Assembly: GCF_006345805.1 (NCBI RefSeq)
Contig: NW_021828041.1
Span: 1-35,667, forward strand
From: Octopus sinensis
Lineage: Eukaryota
Length of the DNA: 35,667 nucleotides
Direction: 5' to 3'
The notes beneath the pieces were generated by a model. That model searched no databases and had not been told where the DNA came from. It saw nothing but the letters and a program-made list of their open reading frames with translations. Below are positions 23,200 to 34,178 of this stretch, piece by piece (the first letter of the stretch is position 1; every line of letters starts with the position of its first letter). A program made the translations under genes and the position numbers.

Positions 23200-23812
23200 T
23201 TGTAGATATAGTAATACTTGTTGTTGTTGTCACTAACATATTTTGTTTTATAGGTGTTGTTGCTGTTGTTGCTTTAGTTTTGTTCTATTGTTGTTGTTAA
23301 CTTCGTTGTTGCTCTTGTTATTATTGTCGTTGCTGCTGCTGCTGCTGCTACTACTGCTGCCGTTGTGGTTATCCTCCATGTTCTTGATGTTGTTGTTACT
23401 CTCTCCGTTATTGCTGCCGATGTCCTTTAATTCTCGTTGCGTTTCTTTCAGTTATCATTGCCATTAGCATATTTTTTTAGCATTGTTTTTGTTGTTGTTG
23501 CTGCTGTATTTGTTTTGCTATTGCCATATTTGTTTCATTTTTGTTGTTATTATCATTTTTGTTGTTGTTGTTCTGCTTACTTCATTTTTCCTTTGCGTTG
23601 TTTTGCAGGGTTTGTTATTGTTGTTATTTCTGCTCTCATTGCCATGTTTCATATATTACTGTTGTTGTTATTCACATTTCTGTTGTTGTTGAGGTCGTTA
23701 CTCTTCCATTGTTGCTATTGCTGTTTAGATTAAATGTTGTTCTCGTTGCTATTATTCGCATTGTTGCTAAGCTTGTCGTTATTGTGGCTGTTGTTATTAT
23801 AATATTTGCGTG
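23200..23812. repeat. Degenerate (GTT/GCT/ATT)n low-complexity tract
   Basis: Cryptic trinucleotide repeats; source of the poly-L/V/C ORFs. Confidence 0.85.
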
Positions 23813-23817
23813 ACTGT

Positions 23818-24480
23818 AAGGCGGCGAGCTGGCAGAAACGTTAGCACGCCGGGCGAAATGCGTAGCCGTATTTCGTCTGCCGTTACGTTCTGCGTTCAAA
23901 TTCCGTCGAGGTCAATTTTACCTTTAATCTTTTCGCGGTCGGTAAATTAAGTACCAGTTGCGTACTGGGATCGATCTAATCGACTGGCCCCCTCACCTAA
24001 AATTTCAGGCCTTGTGCCTAGAGTAAATGAAAACAGAAAAGAATATTGTGTGATTGTTGTTGTTATTGTTGTAGCTGAAGATAAAGTTATCACTATAGTG
24101 GCGTTTCTTCCGGATCTTTTCGTTCTGAGTTCAAATTCCGCTGAGGTCGATTTTGCCTTTCATCCTTTCGGGGTTGATTAAATAAGTACGAGTTGGACAC
24201 ATGGATCAATGTAATGGACTGTCCCTCTCCCCCAAATTTCAGGCCTTGTACTTATTGTAGAAAGTATTATTACTGCTGTCATAAAGGCGACGAGCTGGCC
24301 GATTGGGTAGCACGCCGGACAAAATGCTTAGTGGCATTTCGTCCGTCATTACGTACTGAGTTCAAATTCCACCGAGGTCGGCTTTGCTTTCATCCATTCG
24401 GGGTCGTTATAATAAAGTACCAGTTAATCAGTGGGATCCCTTTCCCCCGAAATTGCTGGCCTAGTGCTGAAATTTGAAAC
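23818..24480 (+). mobile_element. Three family-A SINEs in tandem (23818-24025, ~24095-24265, 24283-24480)
   Basis: aaggcggcgagctggcagaaacgttagcacgccgggcgaaatgc..gttctgcgttcaaattccgtcgaggtc..aagtaccagtt..aaatttcaggccttgtgccta, repeated three times. Confidence 0.9.
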
Positions 24481-24669
24481 CATTATTACAGTTATTGTTG
24501 TTGTTGTTGTTTTTGTTATTGCTGTTGCGTTTGTTGTTACCATTGTTGTTGGAACTGCTGTTCTTTACATTATTGCTAAGTTTGCTGTTGTTGTTGCTGT
24601 TGTTGTTATTGGAGATGTTATTGTTCTTGCTGTTGTTGTGGCTGCTGCTGTTTCTGTCTACCAAATTTA

Positions 24670-24852
24670 TCCACAACCGATGTTGGTGCGTTTACGTCCC
24701 CCTCATAAGCCTGATACTTATTTTATCGACAAAATTTTCGATAAAATAAGTATCAGGCTTAAAAAAGAAGAAATACTATGGTCGATTCGTTCGATAAATT
24801 CTTCAAGATGGTGCCCCAGCATGGCCGCAGTCTAATGACTGAAACAAGTAAA
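24670..24852 (+). mobile_element. SINE family C 3' half
   Basis: caaccgatgttggtgcgtttacgtcccc...ggtgccccagcatggccgcagtctaatgactgaaacaagtaaa matches family C body and tail. Confidence 0.8.
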
Positions 24853-25195
24853 CTATAAACTCTACGATTTCTATTAATATTTAATCATCATAATATAATA
24901 GGACTTTTTAGGCATCGAACAGCTGTCAAGGTTCACCCACCCACGAGGTAAATAGAAATCAATGTATACCTTAGGTACAAAATTGTTGTAAACACCGAAT
25001 TAACAAAACAAACCGTTCGTCTCTCTCCTTTTTACTAGAAAATATTTTCTTTTTCTGGAAGCTAGGAGTGAAAGTTAAGAAAACTTAACCAAAGACCCAA
25101 ACCGAAACAATCCATCTGGCTATCTGACGAATAAATTTGAACGGGGAAACAAATGAGTAATATAGTTCTATATTAAAGAGATGAGGAATTATGTA

Positions 25196-25291
25196 CGTTA
25201 TTTACATTTGACGGATATTTGTCCTCATCTTGTTTGTTGTTAACACAACGTTTCGGCTGATATACCCTCCAGCATTCATCAGGTGTCTTGG
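25196..25291 (-). mobile_element. Inverted copy of a Penelope-like tail with a minimal hammerhead motif (25242-25287)
   Basis: Reverse complement of 26995-27090 with about 7 mismatches in about 94 bp. Minus strand reads GACAC CTGATGA atgctg..cagcc GAAAC GT T GTGTT. Confidence 0.8.
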
Positions 25292-25332
25292 CTACTAACC
25301 CCAAGATTCCGACTTCGATTCCAGGCAGTGAA

Positions 25333-25335
<3 letters not shown>
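25290..25335 (+). mobile_element. Truncated tRNA-like head of a short repeat (B-box-like cttcgattcc)
   Basis: ggctactaaccccaagattccgacttcgattccaggcagtgaactg followed by (AAT)n. Confidence 0.55.
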
Positions 25336-25383
<48 letters not shown>

Positions 25384-25408
25384 TATTATATTATTATTAT
25401 TATTATTA

Positions 25409-26846
25409 TGAATGCGAGAAACAGGATCGAAGCGATCAATGCATTAGCCATACCAGTTGTGACTCACAGTTTCAATATCGTTAACTGGTCAATTACTGAA
25501 ATATGTAATCTTGACAGAAAAATTCGAAAACTGTTGACAATGCATAGAATGCACCACACTAAGGCAGATACAGAACGACTTTACTGCCAAGAAAAGAGGG
25601 AGGCCGTGGACTTTTACAACTGGCAATAACAATGAAGATTGCTACAATGGCCTAGACACCTACCTGAAAAACTCCGAGGACTGGATGTTAAAACTTGTCT
25701 CAAAACATGAAAACAAAAAAGCATCATACTCAGTAACAAAACAGGCAAAGGAATATCTAAGTGAATTCCGAATACAACAAATTTCGGAACTAGAGATAGA
25801 CATAAAGAAACAGGCACAGAAAAAGCTAAGCGCATGAAACCCGTGCTATATCTGCGGCCTTAGATATTCTGAATGATAAATGGCAAGAAAAAAACCTCTC
25901 TATGGCAAATACCCAAAGAGAGCAAAATGCAGATGTTGACAAAGCCCTGACCCATCAATGGCTAATGGCCTCTGGCTTAAAATCTGAAACAGAGGGGTTT
26001 CATAGCAGCTCAAGATCAATGCCTACCAACAAGAAACTACCAGGCCAACATATTAAAGATCAGAAGCAGTCCAACGTGTCGTGTATGCCAGCAACAAATG
26101 AAACCATTGACCATGTGGTCTCCAAGTGCAGTCTTCTAGCGCCTACAGAGTATCTCAACAGACACGATAGAGCTGCACAATATATTCACTGGGTAATCTG
26201 CAAAAACCTGGATTTGCCCCATGAAAAAAACTGGTGGAACACAAACCACCCCAGTGCTTGAAACTGACCACATCTCACTCCTCTGGAACTTCACCATTCA
26301 AACTGACAGAAAGATAGATGCAAATAGGCCAGACATCATATTGAAAGACTTCAGACAAAGAACGTGCCTCCTCATTGATATGACTGTCCCAATCGATATA
26401 AACGTATCCGTCAAGACCTACCAAAACTGAGCAAATATAAAGATCTTGAAATAGAAATCAGCAAAATGTGGAACCTGAAGACTAAAACATACCTGTTGTC
26501 ATAGGTGTCCTGGGAATGATAGCAAAAGGGGCTGATAGCTACCTAACTCAGATACCAGGAAACCCAAAAATGGCAGAAATTCAAAAGATAGTGCTCATGG
26601 GAACTGCTCATATCCTACGCAAAATACTTTCTATGTAATCTCAAGGTTTAAAACAAACATAATTTTCGGTTTAAAAAAAAAAAATTTTTTTTTTTTAGAG
26701 ATTCATTAGTACAACACCAACCCCGCCCCAAATATATGGCACACTAGGCATAACAGCAACATGAACTTCCAACCTGTTGTCTCTTGAGGTCTCTGGGTGA
26801 GACTTGGAGCCAACTTGTACAAATATAAAGCAAAAGTCAAACATAG
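25409..26846 (+). mobile_element. 5'-truncated R4/Dong-like RLE LINE (second subfamily), frameshifted
   Basis: NARNRIEAINALAIPVVTHSFNIVNW..LDRKIRKLLTMHRMHH.KAD..RLY; CRVC..ETIDHVVSKC; RHDRAAQYIHW; DANRPDIILKD..LIDMTVP; ends MGTAHILRKILSM* at 26638; flanked by (AAT)n/(ATT)n. Confidence 0.92.
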
Positions 26847-26949
26847 AATAATAATAATAATAAAATAATAATAATAATAATAATAATAATATAATAATAT
26901 AATAATAATAATAATAATAATAATAAAACATCATCAACAACAACAACAA

Positions 26950-27090
26950 CATAGACAAATGCCTTAGAAATGAGAACCCATGTTCGAAATTTCCCCAAGA
27001 CACCTGATGAAGGCTGGAGGGTATATCAACCGAAATGTTGTGTTAGCAACAAACATGATGAGGACAAATATCCATCAAATGTAAATGATG
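26950..27090 (+). mobile_element. Penelope-like tail with a minimal hammerhead motif (26999-27044)
   Basis: GACAC CTGATGA a GGCTG gagggtatat CAACC GAAA TGT T GTGTT. Confidence 0.75.
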
Positions 27091-27331
27091 AATAAATGAG
27101 TAGGGTTGACAAATAAATAACGAGGAGGCATAATAAGATAAAACAAGTAAACGAAAGAGTCAAAGGAGATCCGCCATCATCGAGGATCATGAAGTTGAAT
27201 GGTTTCTTCTTCGTTGCAGATTTAATAGGAATGGTAGGATCGTAGAAGGATATAGAAAGGATGGTTAAATATGTGTGTGTGTATGTGTGTTTGTAAGTGT
27301 GTGTTTCTAAGTGAAGATCTGTGCGTGTTCA

Positions 27332-27374
<43 letters not shown>

Positions 27375-27807
27375 TGTATCTGTTTTTGAGTTTGTGTGAG
27401 TGCATGTCTGTGTGTGTGTGTTTGTGTCTCTGAACGTGTGTGTGTGTTTGTGTCTCTGAACGTGTGTGCGTGCGTGTTTTGTGAAATTTAGTTAAGTCTA
27501 CGATACATCTTTTGCTTCGGTAGACTACGGATATTTAAGAGGGCCAAACACACACAAACTTACTATCACACACACATACACAAGCATACACAGAATACAC
27601 TCAAGCACGTACACACATACACATACAACACAAACGTATTATTTGAAATTTTGATATATATGTGTGTGAGTGTGTGGGGGAGGTATTTTTATATATATTT
27701 ATGCATATATACATATATGATTATATATATATGTATATATGTATATATATAAATAGGTGTTTATATATACATATATATATATATAATTTATATTAATATA
27801 TATGTAT

Positions 27808-27849
<42 letters not shown>

Positions 27850-28161
27850 TATATGTAATTTATAGGATACACACTCCTGTACACTTACATCTATCTATCT
27901 ATTTATCTAAGTCACTCTCTTTCTCTTTTACTCTCTCTCTCTTTCTATCTATCCGTCTCTCTGTGTATGTCTCTTTGTATATCTGTGTATCAGTCAGACT
28001 ATTTATCTGTTTACTGATCTAACTATCTATGCATCCCTATAAGTACATACACAGAACTGCATACACACTTACACATACACTCACAAACATGGCTATACTC
28101 GTCTATAAACAGACATGCCAAAATGCCGACATACATGTCTCATACGTCTGATAAGAGCACA

Positions 28162-28210
<49 letters not shown>

Positions 28211-28643
28211 CGCACACCTCACAAACATCCCTCTTTTAACCACATACAAACGGGTTTCATACATGTACGTACGTATGTATGTATGTATGTATGTATGTAT
28301 GTATGTATGTATATATGTATGTATGTTTGTATGTATGTATGTGTGTGTGTATATATATATACATACATACATATATATATCCATACATACATTCATACAT
28401 ACATATATATATACACGTGAATGCATTATATTTCTATATACATTCATATAACCAAATATGTAAACATATTTATACATATATACACTGCATATATATATTA
28501 TATATGTATATGTATATATATACATATATAAAGTATATATATACTTTATATACACATATACATATATGAATATTATATATAAACTATAGTACAATATAAT
28601 ATATATTATACAGGTGTATATATATCCTTGTATGTATGTGTAA

Positions 28644-28735
28644 AAGCATAGAAATGTGCTTCATAATGTTCGTAATGTGCGTGTGTATTCAAATACACAT
28701 ATATTGCGAAAATTATGAAGCACATTTCTATACTT
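28644..28735. repeat. ~90-bp foldback (20-bp perfect outer arms)
   Basis: atagaaatgtgcttcataat ... attatgaagcacatttctat, with imperfect pairing continuing inward. Confidence 0.85.
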
Positions 28736-28844
28736 ATATATTATATATATATTATATATAGACATTATATATGACATATATATGTATATATGTATGTATG
28801 TATGTATAAAAATACATTCGCCTAAGTATATTTCGGATTACAAT

Positions 28845-28880
<36 letters not shown>

Positions 28881-28916
28881 AATACATATATGTAAATATA
28901 TATATATATATTATAT

Positions 28917-28947
<31 letters not shown>

Positions 28948-29078
28948 GTATATATAGTGTGTGTGTATATACATATATATATAATATATATTATTATATA
29001 CACACACACACATTATATATATATTCTTCTACATTTGTAAACACACACACGCTCATTACACAGACTCATGCATACACA

Positions 29079-29110
<32 letters not shown>

Positions 29111-29984
29111 TATTATATATATTCTTCTACATTTGTTAAACACAACACCACGCTCCGCCACAGACTCATGCACAAACACGCACACACACACACACACACC
29201 CACACATACACACATGTCGGCAGTTGAAAGTCTGACATTATCGCAAAACTGATGTAAACTGATGTAAACTGTTCGTGGAACTGCCCGGATGTAACGACGC
29301 CGAAAACAGGAAAAATGGCGTCAGTGATGCAACATTGGCTAAATTTTTATAGATTACAAACGCCCCCCCCCCCCACTAATACAGACATCCATATGCACAT
29401 ATACATACATAACCGTACATGTAAGTGCTGTGTGATATCTTTAGAGTAACATGTCCAGGCCATAGAGAATTAAGAACTGAAAGTCTTTGGACTGTTTTTT
29501 TCATATTTTATCGAAGTAGTGCAACCACAAAAGTTATGTTGTTGAATATATTACATAAATTTATACACGAATTCACGGAAAACATTCTGCATGCGTAGTT
29601 GAGAACAAATACATGGCTTATTGCGGCAATCAACCCAAAATTAAAGCCTTACATGGATTACGGCAGTGTTTATATCTCATTATATCTCATGTAATACCTT
29701 CAACACAAAAGACGGAAAGGATCAGGTGACCACATGCATAGCTTACGCAAAACTGAAACTAAAGGACATTAACGATATGTATTGTTGCTATATAGAAGTG
29801 AATGCCGCCTTCATACTACATTCGCTTGAGGCATAATGATGTGGATGGAGCGACCCACTAGAGAATAAGAATACATGTATACGCACACATATACATGCAT
29901 GCACGAACGCACACATACATGCATACATGCATACATACGTACATACGTATATAAATATATATAGTATATATATATATATATAGA

Positions 29985-30026
<42 letters not shown>

Positions 30027-30053
30027 TATACACACATATATACACACATATAT

Positions 30054-30330
30054 GTGGAGGCGCAATGGCCCAGTGGTTAGCGCAGCGGACTCGCGGTCGT
30101 AGGATCGCGGTTTCGATTCCCAGAGTGAGTGTTTATTGAGCGAAAACACCTAGCAGTTCCACGATGCTCCGACAGGAGGTGGTGGCGATCCCTGCTGTAC
30201 TCTTTCCCCACAACTTTCTCTTACTCTTTCTTCTGTTGGCCTGCTCGTCAATTGAAGGCTAAAACAATGCGAAACGCATTGTGACCAGCGATGTGTAGCA
30301 GCATCTGATAGTCTGGTTGATCACAGTGAT
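30054..30330 (+). mobile_element. tRNA-derived SINE (family D)
   Basis: ggaggcgcaatggcccagtggttagcgcagcggactcgcggtcgtaggatcgcggtttcgattccc: A box (cagtggttag) and B box (gtttcgattcc) in a tRNA-like head, followed by a non-tRNA body. Confidence 0.8.
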
Positions 30331-30375
30331 TACAGTGGTGTATATATATATATATATATATAATAATATATATAC

Positions 30376-30660
30376 TTAAGTCTGCTCTGGACTTAGTGCT
30401 TGCTTTTTCCATGGGTATGAGTAAGTATTTCACTTATATCTCGCGTATTTGCCGCTGACAGTAATAACGAATTTTTTAGAGATTTCTATCGGTTTGTTTC
30501 GAGACGCATAAATTTTAATGGTTGACAATTTTTTGTTTCGGCATATTTGGTATTAGAATTTTTCTTCTGCCCTTATCTTGTAAATTATCTAAAAATGTTA
30601 CCTTTAAAGGTACTTTTTGATATACTGGCCATTGATAAATTTTTTTTCCCGAAAAAAATT
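30376..30660 (+). mobile_element. Second copy of the 13527-13945 repeat, hammerhead core deleted
   Basis: The shared flanks are joined as gccgCTGAcagtaataacg, whereas the first copy has the ribozyme between CTGA and gtaataacg. Confidence 0.7.
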
Positions 30661-30672
30661 TTATCCTTTATC

Positions 30673-30703
<31 letters not shown>

Positions 30704-30706
<3 letters not shown>

Positions 30707-32333
30707 TTGCGGCCAAAATGTTCAGAACGGCATTGTTTTTGTCAGAAAAGTAAGTATAAGTTTTTATTAAAGTTTTTTTTATATTCTATAACTTTCACAA
30801 ACTATAAATACAATATTAATTGGTATTGTCTGAGATTTTGGTGTAATTTGAGTGGATAATACAAAAGTTAAGGATGATTTAGTGATTTACTGCAAAATCC
30901 ATGGTGGCCAAAATGATCAGAACGGTTGAAAAAATAACAAAATAATCAAAAGTGACAGAGAATGCTGGAATTATTTCATATTTAGTGTGAAGCCCTTTAT
31001 CTTCAATCAAAGTTTGACATTTTCGACTGCATGGGGAACATAAATTTTCAATTTCTTGCTGGGTGATCTTATTCCATTCTTCCTGAAGGGCATTCCATAA
31101 TTGCTCGGTTGTTTTAGGATTTCTGGCTTTCAAACGTTCTCCTAGAATACTCAACACATTTTCAATAGGATCGAGGTCTGGGCTTTGAGCAGGCCAATCC
31201 ATAACAATAACCTTTTCAGCCTTGAGGAAGTTCATGACCACCTTAGCCTTGTGACATGGGGCATTGTCCTGCATGAATATGGGTGGTCGCTTAGTTGAAT
31301 TTCTCAGCACAGGCAAGACATGATCTTTTACAAGTTGTTTATAAACTCCTGCATTTACCTTTCCATGTAATCGCAGCAAAGGGCCCACAACATCTCCAGA
31401 TATCATCCCCCAAACCATGACACTTCCTCCACCGAATTTAACACTAGTCTTAAGGCATTTAGGTGACAATTTTTCACCTGCTTTTCGACGAACGTACCTT
31501 TTCCCATCTGAGCCAAATAACATAGACTTAGATTCATCACTGAAATGCACCGTTTGCCATTTTTCTTGAGACCACAACACATATTCGGTTGCAAAGGTAA
31601 GACGACACTTTTTATTCTTGGAGCTGATCAGTGTCTTCACTGCAGGTGCTCTTGCTTGTAGGTCATGTTCAACCGAAGGACGAGACACAGTTTTTCGAGA
31701 TAAAGTTTCCTTCAGTACAATGCTCATTTCCCGAAAAACAGCAGCAGCAGTTTTAAATCTGTCATTTTTAACCAACTTTACCATAGCACGATCTTCTCTC
31801 TTGGTCGTTTTTCTTGGCCTACCTGTAGACTTTCTTGCTTCGCACGAACCACAATCATCGTAGACCTTAAGAATACCGTGAACAACACTTTTTGAGTTGT
31901 TAACAATCTTTGCAATAGACCTAATACTTAAATTATCCTTCTTTCGAAGCTTAATAATCTGCTGTCGAATTGGTAACGGAGTAAGTGGCATTATATTAAC
32001 AAAGTACACTGCAGATATTCTTACTAATGTTTAGTAAACGAATTGTCACGTAAACAAATTCAAAACATTAGAGTTCGACGGTTAAATATACTAAAACACG
32101 GAGTAAAAGCAACGGTTCTGATCATTTTGGCCACCATGGGTTTTGCAGTAAATCCCTAAATCATCCATAACTTTTTTATTATCTTCTCAAATTACACCAA
32201 AATCTTAGACAATACCAATTAATATCGTATTTATTGTCTGTGAAAATCATAGAATATAAAACAATTTTAATAAAAACTTATATCTACTTTTCTGACGAAA
32301 ACAATACCGTTCTGAACATTTTGGCCGCAACTG
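30704..32333 (-). mobile_element. Full-length Tc1 transposon, IR/DR type (1630 bp, ~225-bp TIRs, TA target duplication)
   Basis: TA|cagttgcggccaaaatg ... cattttggccgcaactg|TA; TIRs at 30704-30928 and 32110-32333; each TIR has two copies of ggccaaaatg(t/a)tcagaac; internal transposase ORF. Confidence 0.97.
30879..31991 (-). CDS. Tc1 DD34E transposase, open frame (probable start Met at 31991)
   Basis: HTH with STGRPRKTT; FSDESK (D1); WGMI; FMQDNAPCH (D2); WPAQSPDLDPIE (E, 34 residues after D2); ...GLHTKY followed by 32 extra residues before the stop. Confidence 0.9.
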   Translation of the reverse strand: MPLTPLPIRQQIIKLRKKDNLSIRSIAKIVNNSKSVVHGILKVYDDCGSCEARKSTGRPRKTTKREDRAMVKLVKNDRFKTAAAVFREMSIVLKETLSRKTVSRPSVEHDLQARAPAVKTLISSKNKKCRLTFATEYVLWSQEKWQTVHFSDESKSMLFGSDGKRYVRRKAGEKLSPKCLKTSVKFGGGSVMVWGMISGDVVGPLLRLHGKVNAGVYKQLVKDHVLPVLRNSTKRPPIFMQDNAPCHKAKVVMNFLKAEKVIVMDWPAQSPDLDPIENVLSILGERLKARNPKTTEQLWNALQEEWNKITQQEIENLCSPCSRKCQTLIEDKGLHTKYEIIPAFSVTFDYFVIFSTVLIILATMDFAVNH

Positions 32334-32449
32334 TATGTATGTATACACACATGTACATACACATGTATGTATATATGTATGTATGTATTTATATATATAT
32401 GTAAGTGCGTGTGTATGGGGGGTATGCTTGTGTGTGTGTGTTGTTTGGT

Positions 32450-32668
32450 ACCTTTGTATTCCACCACCAATCACCGTTTTGCAACCGGTGCTGGTTTGTT
32501 TGCATCTTCGAATCCTAACAGTTCGGTAAAAAGGAATAATGGAATAAGAGCCAAACATAAAAAAAAGCAACCTAAATAGACATAAATACTGGAGCCAATC
32601 GAGTTGTCTATTACCTTGAAAGGCAAAGCCCCATCTTGGCCGCAGTCCAATTTCTGAAACAAATGAAG
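32450..32668 (+). mobile_element. Decayed SINE family C 3' half
   Basis: gcaaccggtgctggtttgtttgcatc..cagttcggtaaaa..ggaataag..catcttggccgcagtccaatttctgaaacaaat. Confidence 0.6.
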
Positions 32669-33162
32669 AATGAGCAATAAAGATTAAATATATTTAAGCC
32701 TGAAAATAAAATTTAAAAAAAATAGTTAAATGTCTCGCAGAATCGCATAGAATGCTGGGATATAATTCTAGTTGTTAATTAGGTATATGAACAACGAATT
32801 CTTACAGATAATTAATTTTAAATTAAGTATGAATATCTAACTGTTATTAGAGAGCATGTTGGCTCCACGGCATGTAGCTCGCTCTTTGCCAGTCTATTGT
32901 GCACACAGAGAGCTGTGCAAAGTCACGCTTCTTGTAATAATGTCTCACCCAGCAAGACATCTACCATCTCAGGCTTCGCAGTTGTGTTTATGAATCTAGT
33001 AAACTATGGCGTAGTGATTCCAAGTTTAAATGAAAATTAATACGAAGAGGGAAATATAATGTTTAATTATTTATTACTGGTAATGGTTATTGGCAAAGCA
33101 AACTGTAATTGTTTCGTTTCTCGTCTCCGCGTTTTTTTTTTTCAGTTACAGTGGTTGGTAAT

Positions 33163-33335
33163 CATGGTTTCAAATTTTGGTATACGGCCATTGATTTTAT
33201 GGGTAAGAGGGGAAAAAAGAAGTCGTACTTGATTGGTACTTGTTTTTATCGACCCCCGTAAAAATGAAATGGCAAAGATGAGTTCAGAGGGCGTAAAACA
33301 GGAAGAAATTCCACTAACACTTTAGCCCGACGCGC

Positions 33336-33367
<32 letters not shown>

Positions 33368-33580
33368 TAACCATGATGATGATGATAACAACAACAGCAA
33401 TCATACTAATCCTTTCTACTGGAGGCACACATCCTCAATTTTGTAGGGTGGCGACTAGTCGATTATACCGACCCCAATATTTCATTAGTACTTAATTTAT
33501 CGACCCTGAAAGGATGAAAGACAAAAATCGACCCCGGCGGAATTTGAACTCAGAAGGTAAAGACGGACAAAATGCTGCCA
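33163..33580 (-). mobile_element. Two decayed family-A SINEs (~33163-33338 and 33409-33580)
   Basis: ggtactt.ttttatcgaccc..aaa.atgaaa.gcaaa; tcgaccctgaaaggatgaaagacaaaaatcgaccccggcggaatttgaactcagaa. Confidence 0.75.
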
Positions 33581-34178
33581 ACCATACATTCATACATATA
33601 GACAACGTAACTACATGCATGCATACGTACATACATACATGGATACGTACATACATACATGCATGCATACATAAATACATAAATACATACACACACACGT
33701 ATATTAAACAGAAGGAGTCAGAGAGAGAGAAAGAGAAGGGGAGAGAAAGAAGGAGAGAGAGAAGGAGAGAAAGAGAGAAGGAGAGAGAGAAGGAGAGAGA
33801 GAGAAGGAGAGAGAGAGAGAGAGGCGGGTGTCAATGGTCTGAAAGAAAAGAGAAAGAAAAGTATGAATAAAAAAGTGATAATAGTTTTTGTGATTAATGA
33901 AGCGAAGGTAGACAAAGGGAATGATTCTGATGTTGGTTTCGGCTTTAACACCTGCCTACGTTTTAGCTTTATTACACCTCATCTGTGAAGCATAATCGAC
34001 GCGTAGCTATCATCATACATAACTTTATACGGTTATACAGCTGTTGTGTTCTCGGTCAGTACGACTCTTTTAAGTTTTGAGGTTATAAGATCTAATCAAG
34101 GAACGAGTAAGATATATCATTTTAAAAGTATTAGACGCTTCTACAACACGATATCTAAATATCTTCCATCTAATATCA

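Noticed and set aside
31980-32009. ORF-track start at 32009 for the transposase
   Set aside because: That start is not an ATG (the plus strand reads cac/tac context for a non-canonical codon); the ATG at 31991 gives a typical Tc1 length of about 340 aa.
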